Shown: piece by piece, positions 12,301 to 24,845 of the stretch
Numbering within the stretch: position 1 is the first letter of the stretch
Layout of the letters: the number at the start of each line of letters is the position of its first letter
DNA from: Mobula hypostoma
Taxonomy: Eukaryota
Direction: 5' to 3'
DNA: 64,000 nt
Assembly (NCBI RefSeq): GCF_963921235.1
Contig: NC_086097.1
Span: forward strand, 36,086,001-36,150,000
The notes under the pieces: model-generated
What the model saw: only the letters and a program-made list of their open reading frames with translations
The model's database searches: none
Told to the model about the DNA's origin: nothing
Program-made: the position numbers and the translations under genes

Positions 12301-15300
12301 GGAACATGATGCACACTATTTGGCTAACATTTTACACAGAGTGCAAAGTCAAAATCAGAACACAATTTTAAGACAGAGACTGAAATATCATTTTAAAGCA
12401 AGAAAATAACTACTATTTTAAAATCTATTATATTCTGAAACATATATCTGAGGGAATTACAATCCACAAACATAAAATTAATTTGTTTAGAACAAGATGA
12501 CTTGCCAAGCAGTAATTATACCTTAACACGACTTTAAAAGCTCTTGAGTCATGCAGAATAATTGGACAGAATCTAAAATTTTCAAAACTTAAAAAATGTT
12601 TGGGATGAGAGAGCCTAATGAAGCACTTGCTCACACCAGGAGTTGTCAATTTCATAGTGCGATGAGACTGAGCAGTGCCTGCTTTACCATCATTCCCATC
12701 TGCAGCTCCTGGGTGCATATCAACTAGCACAAAACTGATGAAAAAGGTGCAGAGACGTACCAATGGGGAGACAGGATAACTGTGGCTTGTATCCTGTTAC
12801 TAATGCAAAAACTATGAGACTATCTTTATATACAGACCAAATCATAGAATCGCTATAATGCACGAGACTATTCAGCCAATCAAGTCTTTGCTAGGATTTT
12901 CGTCAGTCCCATTCCTCCATCCTTCCACTGAAGCCTTGCGAATTATATTTCCTAGGAGAAAAAGGAGCCTAACCCACTGTGGTGATTGAAACTAACTTAG
13001 TTTCAATCACCATCACAGTAATTAGAGAGTTATGCATCAGGATCATATTCTGTGCAAGCAAAAAGTTTTCCCTTATAGGCCAGCTGTATCATTGCTGCTG
13101 ACTTTAAAAACATGCCTTTTGCTCCTTGAACCTTCCACAATTGGGAACAGTGTCACTTTCCAACAGGAAATCCCACAGTAAATGGGAGAGACAGTATTTC
13201 TGTTCCTGGACACTTGTCCACAAGAACAGAAATACTGGCGCTCCATTTACTGCAGGGTTTCCTGGTAATGAAAGCTACACTGGCTGTCTCATACGACGTT
13301 TGTCTTGGATATCAATTTTTCCAGTGGAGTGGTGGGGCAGAATGTGGTTTAGAATGTACTTTATACCATATACTACAAGTTCCTGTTGTAGTGTCAAACC
13401 CAGTCTGGGACTCACCCACAGTCAGCCAGAACCTGGGGCCCAGCTGCAGTCAACCCAGGACCCACTTCATGTCAACCTAGACCTCAGGGTACTGCTGATG
13501 CCATCCAGGCACTCAGGAGCAGAGCCAGTTTCTCCAGTCTAATCTTGTTGAGGACACCCCTCACCCACAAACCACTGTGGTCATAGTAGTATACCATGTA
13601 GTAAGTCTTTTCTGCATCATTTCTATTCTTTTACATCCATCCTAAGGTATGGGGACCTTTTGCTTACAAACTAATCATTGTTTAATAAGAAGCAAAAGGT
13701 AGACATACTCCTCATTTTATTAAAAGAATATCAGTTTCATATTATATAACTGCTGTGTAATCCTACCGCCCAGCAGAATTATAGGTCCTCACTGAATTAC
13801 GAACACCTTAAATTTGGATGCCCATACATACGAAAGAACATCAGGCTGCAGGCATCTTTGGCTGGCTGGGAATGGAGCATTTCCATGGGCCTTCTTTCCA
13901 CATCGCCTCAGCTATCACCCCAGCCCATCCCTGACTGAGCTGGGGCCTGGGTCAAACCAAACAGAGCTGGGAGCAATGATCAGACTCACTTGTTCACTCA
14001 CTTCATCTGCAAGGCCGCTCTTCTCATGCCTGAATGCTTTGCCATTAGTTCTCTATTCCTGCTCCAGCCAAACCCTAGGTTTCTGTGCTGCATTCTGAGT
14101 GAGAGTGGGACTTAAAAAATAGAAATTGATTATTTAAAATGAGATGTCGACAATGAAATTCCAGTGCGTTTCAACTGAAACAGGAAATGTCATCTTCCCT
14201 GGTTTATGTACTATTTGTGATCATGTACAGTACTTAGGAGTGTTTTTAGTTGATTGGTTGTATGAATACTTTGATGGTCCTAGAGTGGCACATTTTTGCC
14301 GTTACTGTGGATTTCGGAAAGCACTGCACAAACACAGTGTGTTTTATTTGGCAGGGCCCACCACTGTCCATTGAGTCTGTTGGAGGGCCAGCAGGAAAGA
14401 GACTAGCATTTTACTTGCTTGTGACAGAAGGTTTCAGGATCTGCAGAAGTCTTTGGAAACAGGTTTCCCTTACACCATCACTACAGGTAGCGACTGGTGC
14501 TGCTGTCATGGAACGTTCAGCCAGGGCTTTCATTTTGTCAGTGGAAGATCAGCAAAAATTGAAACTGGCCCCGCTGTAAAGTTCAAAAAGTTCATGAGTG
14601 TGCTTTGAGTTCTCACTCCACGAGTCTCAGCTACGAAATAAGAAATGCGTCTGAATTTATGCCCGTATACTTGGGTACATTGAGGTAGCCCATTATATAA
14701 AAACCATCGGAGTTTTGGAAAACAATGGAAAGGATTCCCAAGCATAATATCAGGAACACAAACCATAGTTTGGGTAATTCTCCAACACTTAAGAAACTCT
14801 TAAATGGATTAAAGAAAAATGGTGGGGGGATGGGGGTTATGGGGGAGAGAAGGGTAAGATTGATCTTGGAGTAGGTTAAAAAGTTGTCTCAACATCGGGT
14901 GCTGAAGGGTCTGTGCTGTGCATTACTGTTCTACGTTCTATATTCTTTCTCTTAGCCCCATATCCCTTCACCCCACCCCCCCATATCCCCTTATGCCCTG
15001 ACCAATCAAGAATCTATCAACCTCTGCCTTAAATATACATAAAGACTTGGCCTCCACAGCTGCCCATGGCAACGAATTCCACAGATTCACTACTCTCTGG
15101 CTAAAGAAATTTCTCCTCATCTCCATTCTAAAAGGACACCCCTCTATTCTATAAGATATTTCTCATAGAGTCAGAGAAGGTTAAGGGAAGATGCCTCCAA
15201 AAGTAAGAAATGTGCCCACTGATAGAAGAATGACTGGCAGCAATTATAACTTGAAAGAAAGGATTATTTAGAATATTTTTTAAAGAAATGCAATTGGAGT

Positions 15301-16395
15301 TGTGAGTACTTCACTATATGGCTACTCGAAAAAGGAAAACCGAAAGGAGAAAGGGAGTTGTCATTTTCAGCCAAGGTGCCAAAACTGAGCTCACACACAA
15401 CAGGACAAATAGACTCTGACTGTGCATTGATTCCCATCATTCTTCTGAGGTGCGACATTTACACAAGAAAGTAAGCAGATTTATTGGGTACTGGAGAGCT
15501 TTCAGCAAGATAAAGATGAGTCACCATCTGCAGGAAGGGAGGGACAGTAAAAGAGGGAAAAAATGGGATGGGCGGTGCTGCAAAAACAGACACACACAAC
15601 TGTAGATCAGGGCGGGGTTTGTTATGTAAAATGGCATAACCGGGCTACTACCCTTTTGTTGTCTGGTTTGCAATGATATTCTGGCTCATTTCATCTCATT
15701 ACCTGTAGAACTCAAGGCTGTGACAGCTTTTAAAAATAAACTTTTGAACTCAGCAGCATTTGGGATAGTGAATTTGTACAATTACTCTGACCTGGCATCA
15801 CCGCATAGCAGCACAGAATTATTAAAGTGCAATTTGACTGCAGCACTAAAATAGCTTTAATAATTCTGCTCCCGGTGCGATTGTGTGCTGATGCTGCAGG
15901 CATAAACCGAGCCAAATGCTCAGAGCTCATCACAGAGCAGACCACTTGAAAGCGACACAAAAGTCATGCATTAGTGATTAAAAACTTGACAAAAAAATTG
16001 ATCTGCAGTTAGGATCTGTTGATTTGTGTCAAGATTGGATATAGGTCCCAATCAATGAGTCTTATTTACAGCAAAAAAGAATTGTAGCAGTTAAAAGTGA
16101 AAGCCTGCACTGAATCTAAAGAGAAAATCAATCAATGACAGACAACTAATCAAGATAAATTTTAAGGGCTATGTAACAAAGCGGAGATCAGACATGCAAC
16201 TGGTGTTCCAGTACAGAGGCTCATTCTAGTTCATGATCATCTACACCGGACCTATTCTACTGCTTATGTACCTAGAAAGCCCTTGCCATCAATATCAGTG
16301 CAAAATGAACCTACATTCCTAATCTGTCTATAGGTCCAGATAGACAAGATGAGCCACTTACAATGAACATCTTAATTAAAATAACGAATTGATCC

Positions 16396-17019
16396 TGTAA
16401 TATTCTGCTAAAGGTTTCAGTACTAACGTTGTAGGGTAGTAATGGTCTTTCTGTAGAAGCAGTGTTTGGGTTATTGTTAGAGATAATGGGTGCTGAGGAA
16501 TGTGAGCCGTCCAATCAGGAGAGAAGAACGGGGTACCGGGGTTTTTTTTTTGAGCCTGACACCGGTGTGTGCCTTTGTCTTTGTTCGGCGGGAAATGAAG
16601 AGAGAAGACACTGGAGAGAACCGGTCATAGGGCTCGATCCGGTGCGGACCGTGATTCGATAGAGCAAGGTGCGAGGTGACTGTTTAATTGTAATGGGCCC
16701 TTTTTCTTTTTTTTTCCTTTCTTTTCTTCACTAACCCTTCAGTTAATATTCATAAATACGCTTCCTTTAATTATATGCAGTGTGCGGTCTGTTATTTCCT
16801 GGCAATGAGTTGCAACAGAGCAGCAAATCACACAGCATTCACACAAACCAGGACTTGGGTGAGAGAGACATCCTAATCTCATGGATTTGGCAGGCCAGAG
16901 TGTGTATTCCCTGAGCGTACGTGGCCAGAAAACAGCGGGTCTTTCGGCGCAGAGTTGGGAGATCGCCAATGCTGGCTGACGCGCCATTTCCTGAGATGCC
17001 CAGGAAGAACGGGGTTTCA
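16396..17019. mobile_element. Possible solo LTR
   Basis: CpG-richer block with TG...CA-like ends, a ccaat box and an AT-rich signal. No convincing TSD. Confidence 0.3.
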
Positions 17020-18473
17020 AACTCTTCTTCCAGCACTTACTGGGAATAATTTTCAGCCAGGAACAGGGGAGGATATTATGACTCAGCATTCCTCTTTATA
17101 AAAGCTTATCATCTGTAACCATTTCTAAAAATCAAGGCATTAATCTCCATTTTGCAAATAATTAGCACCCTGTTCTGGTTAGATTATTGACAACACTGTC
17201 ACTAGCAATGGCAGCGTAGTAAAAGAGTGGGACAGCAGCTCACTCAGATGTCTTTGCACCACAATGGACTTTGATTTGTTTTTTGTCCAGTTATGTTCTT
17301 AGTTGGAAAAATGTTGTTGATTTATATTTAATTGATGTTTTCCTAGTGAATGCTATTTATCTAATGCCATCTGCCTTTGATGCTGCCTTTTTGGGAGACC
17401 AGAGTCAGTGCGGATCAGAAATAACATCTCAGCCTTGTTGACAATCAACACCGCCACATCTCAAGGATACCGTGCTTAGCCCACCGCTCTGCTGCCCCGA
17501 CATCCAGGACTGGGTGGCTAGACACAGCTCAAACACAATCTTTAAATTTGCTGATGACACAGCTGTTGTTGCCAGAACCTCAAATGGTGACGACGAGGCA
17601 CACAGGGGTGGAATGCTCTAGTTCAGTTGATTGAGTGGTGTTCAACAATAACTTTGCACACAACGTCAGCAGGATGAAGGAAACGATTGTGGACTTCAGG
17701 AAGGTGAAGTCAAGTGAACATACATCAGTCCTTTTTGAGGGGTCAGCAGTGGAAAGTGTGAGCAGTTTCAAGTCCCTGGGTGCAGCATACTGATACATCA
17801 TGAAGTAACTATGAAGAAGGGAAGTCACAACTACATTTCGTCAGGAGTTTGAAGAGATTTGGGATGCGACCAAAGGCACTTGCAGATTTCTACAGATGGA
17901 CCATGGAGAGGATTCTAACTGGTTGCAACTGGTACAGAGGGGCCACTGCACAGGATCAGAAAAAAAAACTGTGGGAGACTGCAAGCCCAACCAGCTCCAG
18001 CATGGGCACCAGGCTCCACAGCAACGAGGACATCTCCAAAAGGCAATGCCTCAAAAAGGCGACATCCACCATTAAAGACCCCATCATCTAGAACATGCTC
18101 TTTATGTATCACTGCCATCAGAGGAGAGATAGAGGATCCTGAAGTCACGCTCAACATTTTAGGAACAGCTTCTTCCTCTCCGCCATCAGATTTCTGAACA
18201 GACGATGAATCAACCCATGAATACTACCTGACTAGATTTGCTCTCTTTTTTGCCCTACCTTAGATTAGATTATGAGGACACGCAGTCCTCTTTTATTGTC
18301 ATTTAGTGTGCATGCCTTAAGAAATGATACAATGTTTTTTCCAGAATGACATCACAGAAACACATGACAAACCGACTTAAAAACTAACAAAAACCACATA
18401 ATTATAACAAGCAACACACATAAAAATTGCTGGTGAACGCAGCAGGCCAGGCAGCACCTCTAGGAAGAGGTGC

Positions 18474-18509
18474 AGTCGATGTTTCAGGCCGAGACCCTTC
18501 GTCAGGACT
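18474..18509 (-). ncRNA. Minimal type I hammerhead ribozyme motif (variant with AUC site)
   Basis: Minus strand reads AGUC-CUGACGA-AGG(GUCUCGG)CCU-GAAAC-AUC-GACU. Confidence 0.6.
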
Positions 18510-18555
18510 ACATAAAAGTTGCTGGTGAACGCAGCAGGTCTCTAGGAAGAGGTGC

Positions 18556-18591
18556 AGTCGACGTTTCAGGCCGAGACCCTTCGTCAGGACT
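18556..18591 (-). ncRNA. Minimal type I hammerhead ribozyme motif (intact core, palindromic ACGU stem III)
   Basis: Minus strand reads AGUC-CUGACGA-AGG(GUCUCGG)CCU-GAAAC-GUC-GACU. It has the CUGANGA/GAAA/GUC core, stem I AGUC:GACU and stem II AGG:CCU. Confidence 0.72.
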
Positions 18592-20274
18592 AGTGTTGCT
18601 TGAATTTCCAGCATCTGCAGAATTCCTGTTGTTTGCGTTAATTATAATATAGTTACAACAGTGCAAAGCAATACCGTAATTTGATAAGAACAGACCATGG
18701 CACGGTAAAAGTCTCAGTCTTTCGAAAGTCCTATCATCTCACGCAGACGGTAAACCTCCAGCTTCACAAACTTGCCGATGCAGCATCCCGGAAGCATCCG
18801 ACCACAGTCCGACTCTGAGTCCGTCTTAAAACTCTGAGCCTCCGACCAGCTCTCCGACACCGAGCACCATCTCTGCCGAGCGCTTCGACCCTGGCCCCGG
18901 CAACAGGCAGTAGGCAAAGCCAAGGATTTGGGGCCTTCCCCTCTGGAGATTCTCGATCACACAGTAGCAGTGCAGCGAAGCGGGCATTTCAGAAATTGCT
19001 CCAGGTGTTCCATTGTGTTTCTCACGGCTGTCTCCATCAAAGCTGGATTGTGCACGACCCTCTAGATAACACATACGATATTCATTCGGAACGGCCACAC
19101 GCGCTGTGTCGCGCCGCCATCTTCTCCCTCCAGATTTAATCTAATTACATTCCTTATTGTAATTTATAGTATTTTTATGCATTGCACTGAACTGCTGCTC
19201 CAAAATTACAGATTTCACAACACGTCATGATATTAAACCTGTGATATTGTGAAATATGCTACTGAACCTGACTCTGATTAAGAAGGATTTTCATTGCACC
19301 TGTGCACACAGTACACATGACAACAAACTAGACTTTGACGTTCACCTTGAGCTACAAAACTGCATGTTTAGGATGTGGGAGGAAATCAGAGACACATGGT
19401 GACAAATTGAATGGGCAAACACCATACAGACATCATTGGAGATCAGCATTGAACTCAGGTTACTGGCACCAAGAGGCAGTGGCTCTACTAAGGCCTCCCT
19501 GGTAGGAAATTAATTTGGGGTGCCTGTAAATCTGCTATTTTAATGGATGGTACTCCCTGCAGCTGAAATGATCTGAGCTACTCACTGATATTAATGCTCT
19601 TCACTCGCTCCATCACATTTAGTCATCTCCCCAGAGTACACCTGAATGGAAACACAGTTGGGTAACTTTCTCTCCCGAATTAAGATGAAGCACCAGTATG
19701 AAACTCACCAATCAAATGCAGAGAGTCAGAGTCATACAGCATGGAAACAGACCAAGATGCCAGTCTATGCTAATCCCATTTCCCTTCATTTGACCCATAA
19801 CCCATGATTGCTTTGCTATTCACATCTGTCCAATGTTTTTAAACTCTGATTGTATTGTATTGAACTGTGCTGTTGCTGCAAATAATTATTTTCCGTGGCA
19901 TTTATACCAAATGACATAGGAGCAGAATTAGGCCATTTGGCCCATCGAGTCTGCTCCACCATTTCATCGTGGCTGACCCATTGTTCCTCTCAACCCCAAT
20001 CTTCTGCCTTCTCCCTGTATCCCTTCATGCCCTGTCCCTTCATATATACTGGATATGCATACCTATGACAACAATGAACTTGAATTTCAACTTGCAACTG
20101 CCATCTCCTCTAGCAGTTTGTTCAGTATACCTACCACTCTCTCTGTGGAAAAACTTGCCCATCAGCTCTCCTACAAATATTTGCCCTTTCACCTTACACC
20201 TCCTGTACGTCCTCCAGATAAGACAAAGCCCACAGATATTCAGCACCTTGTTAAAAGATAAATGGAGCACTCAC

Positions 20275-20454
20275 CGAGGCCCTTGTGGATTCCGGCTTTA
20301 TCCCGCGCCCGCTTCTTTTCTCGCTTCAGTTCAAGGCATGGGAGGCCACCAATTTTCTCAAAGCATAATTTCTTGTTGATGAAGAGGAATAGAACTACCA
20401 ACAAGATAACAAAGACTCCAACTGCAGACAAAAACCCAATGGCCTCTGGAGTGA
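20275..20454 (-). CDS. SYT16: Transmembrane exon of SYT14/SYT16-type synaptotagmin (180 bp, phase 1-1)
   Basis: xTPEAIGFLSAVGVFVILLVVLFLFINKKLCFEKIGGLPCLE closely matches the recalled SYT14-type TM segment (VSPEAVGFLSAVGVFIILMLLLFLYINKKFCFENVGG). Acceptor cttgttctctctatag|TC and donor CTCG|gtgagt. SYT16 is preferred over SYT14 because of the linked 8182-8785 exon. Confidence 0.85.
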
Positions 20455-22739
20455 CTATAGAGAGAACAAGAGCAAAATGAATCAATTGAGGATGAATATA
20501 CTCACCATGTTACTGCATATGTTGCTTTTCCTCATCTACTGCCTTATTCTTTCCTCATTTTCCAAATTATCTTCACCTAGCCTAGCTCACCAGTGTCTGA
20601 CAGCTAACAATTTGGAAGTATGTTACCCAGAGTTGTTCAATTTTCTAGGTGGGTTTTCCTCTGACTGGCAACTCCAACTAACAACAAAAGCAAAGTATTA
20701 GGAATTATGAGCAATAACTCATGTGTTGACATTTTTTCTTGCCCAGACCCTGAAAGCACATTACAACATGTGGCAAACATTTAACAAGTTAAAATATTTT
20801 AACATTTTGGATTTTAAAATCAAAATCAGACTAAAAATTCTATGAAAAATATTTAACTTATTTATGCTTAGTCCAGCATGGGGAAAAAAAATCAGTCATT
20901 TATATAAAGTAAATTAGTTTGGCACCAGTAAAATCTGGGAACCTTCTGCAGAATTTTGACCAACAATATCGATAATTTCTTTTCCTCCACAGGCGTTCCA
21001 CTAGCAAATTGCTTGTTGCTCGGATTCCGGCATCTGCAGTCTTGTGCGTTACCAAGGAAACGTTCTTGTATTGGGAGTTAATGAAATTTCCTTTTCCAGA
21101 TCTCAAATACATTTTCTCAAGGAGTCTTTCATTATGGCCATCGCAGAGAAAGAAATTTTAGGTGGAATATAGTGATTTGGGTTTTGTAGCTGCTTCCTGT
21201 TCTTTCCCCAGTGTTCAGCAAAAAAAACACCAAAATCCATAAATCTTTCAAATAAACTGTAGGGATCAATAATAAATGAATAAATTGAATTTTGTTTATA
21301 TCATATTTGGAACACTGTGTAAGGTTACGGTATCCATGTTCTGACAATAATCTGGAGCTATTGGCAAAGGTATAAAAGGGATTTACAAGCACCACATCTA
21401 AAATGATTAAATATAGTTATCAGGACCCAGTGGGAAAGTCAAAGTCCAGTTTATCGTCATATGCACAAGTCCATGTGTACAGGTGCAATGAAAAACTCAC
21501 CTGCAACAGTATCACAGGCACAGAGATCAGATAATCAGCGTTCACAAGAAAAACATAAGTTATACACAATTTGTACAGGAAAGATCACAATTAAAACATT
21601 TTTTAAAAACACAATCTCCATTTGAGTGCAAAGTGATCAAAGGGTTGCTAAAATGTAGTGAATAGTGGTGTGCTTCTTGGAGGAATTTAACGTTATGAAT
21701 TAGGCTTGAATAGGCAAGATGAGGAGACCAGAACTGAGAGTCCAAAGTAGGTAATAGTCACAAATGGATTTGCTTAAGAATTTCATGAAAAAACTTACTA
21801 CCAAATAGGGGAAAGAATCTGTGACTCATTGCCATGTAGAGTTGTCGAGTTGGAAGGCACAGGTTGATTGAAAGGATTTGTAATAAAACTGGAGATGCTG
21901 GAAATCCAAACCATAAATATGACGAAAAATTCAATGTGCATGCAAAGAGAAAACGTGTTAATGTTTCAAGTCAAGAACCCTTCAACAAGGCTGGAAAAGT
22001 GAGAAAACAAGTACATTTTAACAGGTTTAATTTATTTCTCTGTTCTACCGTGAATGCCTGCAAGAAAATGAATCTCAAAGTAGCATATGGTGAAATATTC
22101 GTACTTTGATAACAAATTTATTTGAACTTTGAACTTTTTAAGTTGCAGGGAGTGGAAGGGTTGGGGCCAAGGACAGAAAAGAAGGGATAGCTGTGATAGG
22201 GTGCAGACCAAAGCTGACAGGGTAAATACTACTTTAAACTCCAGGAGTTTCAGACAAGTTAACCAGGAAAAAGACACAAGTTAATATATCATGAAGTGTC
22301 CAGCAACATCTGTGGAAAGAAAGTTAACCCCCAATGACATAGATTCTTTTCAGTGAAACACTCCACGAGATCGCAAAAGCTACACCTCACCCTTTGAAGC
22401 AAGTACTTTAATGAATACAGGTGCCACAAGTTAGGCGATGTCTGCTACTCACTTTCTGACAAATCCTGCTTACCCAACAACCATGGAAAAGTATAAAAAG
22501 TTTCAAATTACCATTGAGCTGACTCTCAATAACATCTCTGAACTTCAATTCAGAACACATCACCACACTGATCTCAGGTGTTTGGAAATAAAGGAAAGCA
22601 TGTTCCCTAATATAAAGTGGTGAAATTGTGAATGTGTGTGTTGGATCTGAGATTAAATCCCATGTATATATGAATTAGAAATGGGATTAGGCCTCTGAGC
22701 CTGCTCTGTCATCCAATAATTGTTAACCACTGCTGAAAT

Positions 22740-24120
22740 TCCTAATGACAGGAAGATAACTGATGATGTTCCATTCTTTAAAAGGGTTGCAAGGACAAAC
22801 CAGGAAACTACAGACCAATCAGCCTGATATCAGTAGAGGGGAATTTACTGGAAGGGATCCTGATGGAGGGCATTTGGATAGGCAGACATTGGCTAGGAGG
22901 AGTCAGCATGGCTTTGGGTGTGGGAATTTGAGCTTGACAAACCTTTTAGTTTTTTCTAAAGTTGCCAAAAAGGTAGAGGGTGGGGCACTGGATATTATCT
23001 ACTTGAACTTCAGCAAGGCCTTTGACAAGGTCCTGCACGGTAGGCTGGTCTGGAAGGTTGGGTCTCGTGGATCCAGAGGAGCCAGTTAGCTGGATGCAAA
23101 ATAAGCTCAGAGAAAAGAAATGAAGGACAGTGGTCGGCAGTTATTTCTCGGAACGGAGGCCACAGGAGTCAGTGCTAGGACCCTTGTTATTCAGTATTTA
23201 TATCGATGATTTGGATGCAAAGGCACTAGGCTTGATCAGCAAGTTTGCAGATGACAAGAAAATGAAAGGTGTGATTCATAGTAAAGAAGGTTATCACAGG
23301 TTATAAGGGCTCATGATCAGGTTAGGAAGTAGGCAGGGGTGTATCAAATGGATTTCAATACAGGTACGTGTGAAATAATGGATTTTGGAAAGTCAAACCA
23401 GTATAGGACTGGTACTATGAACGGTAGGGCACTAGGAAGTGTAATAGGACAGAGGGACTGAGGAGTACAAGTGTGCAATTCATTCAGAGTGGCGTCACGG
23501 GTAGACAGAATGCTGGAAAAGGCATTTAGCACTATGACCATCAGACAGGGCATTGAGTAAAGGAGTTGCGACTTTATAAGTCATTGGTGAGTCCCATACA
23601 CAGTTTTTGTCACTTTGTTATGGGAAAGATTAAACTGCAAAGGGTGAAGAAAATATTTACATGGATGTTGTCAGGAATAGTAATGCCAAGATATAGGGAG
23701 AGGTGGGCCAGGCTAAGTCTTCATTCCTTGGAACATAGGATAACAAAGGGTGATAATATTAAAAAGTTTACAATTATGAGAGGCATAAATAAGGTGGATA
23801 GGTTCACAGTCTTTTTCCCCAGGGCGGAGCGTTCTAAACTAGGGGCACAAGTTAACCATGAGATGGGAAAGATTTTAAAAGAGACCTGAGGGGCAACATT
23901 ATTTTATGTAGAGGGTGTTGAGTGTATGGAACAAGCTGTCAGAAGTGATTGAGACAGGTACCAGAGCATCATTTCAGAAACACTTGGATATATACATGGT
24001 GGGGTGAAGCTGAGAGGAATGTGGGTCAAACAGAAAATTGGGACTAGCTGGGCGGGCACTGTGGTGTGTATAGAGTCATTGGGCCAACGGGCCCATAATC
24101 CATGCTGTTTTGGTCCATGT
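22740..24120 (+). mobile_element. Older CR1 LINE fragment
   Basis: SQHGF..LTNLL..YLNFSKAFDKVLH, KFADD and LYKSLV motifs. Heavily decayed. Confidence 0.85.
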
Positions 24121-24549
24121 CTCTTTTGTTTCTAACAAAATCAGACTGATCTGATTTCAGATTCAGAATTCATCTGTTGCTGCTTCAAAATGTTTCAAAA
24201 TTTTCGTTTCCACCACCATTTAACGGAAAGTGTTCCAAAGACACAGAAAAAACGTTTCCTTACATTTATGTCTTAAATAGCTGACCCCTTATTTTTAATC
24301 AGTGATTCCTAGTTATGAGTTCTCACACAAGAGTAAACATCCTTCTGATCCTATCAAGATCCCTCAGGAAGTCCTTTCCTATTTTAACCTCCAAAGGATA
24401 AACACTTTGCCTGTTTGATCTTTCCTTATTAGGCAGCCTATGCACTCCAGGTTACAGTCAAGTAGTCAAGTCATGTGCACAAGTACCTTCTCTGAATTGT
24501 TTCCAACACATTAACATTTTTTCTTAAATGATCAAACCAGTATTATAAG

Positions 24550-24845
24550 CACAAGAGGTTCTGCAGATGCTGAAAATCTTCCTCACTTGCTGAATTCCTC
24601 CAGCATTTTGTGTGTGTTGCTCAAGATTTTCAGCAAGTACAGAGCCTCTTGTGCAACGCTGGAGGAATTCAGCAAGTCAGGAAGCAGCCATGACTTGGAG
24701 AGGAATAAAAAGTTGATGTTTTGTGTGGAGACCATTCATCTGGACTGGAAAGGAAGAGGCCCAGATGCCAGAATAAGAAGGTGAGGGGAGGGGAAGAAAT
24801 ACAAGGTTGCAGGTGATAAGTGAGATCAAGTGAGGGGGTGATTAA
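24550..24845. mobile_element. Degenerate Penelope-derived terminal repeat
   Basis: ttctgcagatgctgaaaat, tgctgaattcctccagcatttt and gctggaggaattcagc segments of the same family. Confidence 0.6.

Larger units (their letters stand above)
18408..18638 (-). mobile_element. Penelope-derived insert with two tandem hammerhead-bearing units and an inverted terminus
   Basis: TSD taattataa at 18399-18407 and 18639-18647. Internal tandem duplication with 82-bp offset. Inverted caagcaacac / gtgttgcttg segments. Confidence 0.8.
18260..19125 (-). mobile_element. Non-autonomous LINE-derived element
   Basis: Minus strand starts aagatggcggcgcgac (CpG-rich 5' end) and ends aataaaagagg...(aatct)n. It interrupts the Rex1-like 3' UTR. 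Confidence 0.6.
17440..19245 (+). mobile_element. Rex1/Babar-like LINE 3' fragment with nested inserts
   Basis: KFADDT, K(E)TIVDFRK and FYRWTMERILTG motifs at 17440-18230. The 3' UTR resumes at ~19140. Confidence 0.8.

Noticed and set aside
13126..14766. Cluster of 76-138 aa ORFs as genes or additional SYT exons
   Set aside because: No recognisable motifs and no similarity to synaptotagmin linker or C2 sequence. Lengths are compatible with chance.
20239..20260. REST/RE1 site (ttcagcacc)
   Set aside because: Only the left half-site is present and there is no GGACAG right half. The similar match at ~8469 is also incomplete.
20275..20454. Calling the gene SYT14
   Set aside because: The TM exon alone fits either paralogue. 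The linked 8182-8785 exon resembles the SYT16-specific N-terminus, so SYT16 is preferred. This needs BLAST or synteny confirmation.
20500..20509. ATG|gtgagt just upstream of the TM exon as the first coding exon
   Set aside because: It would give a 51-nt phase-0 intron and put the TM exon out of frame. The true start exon was not found.
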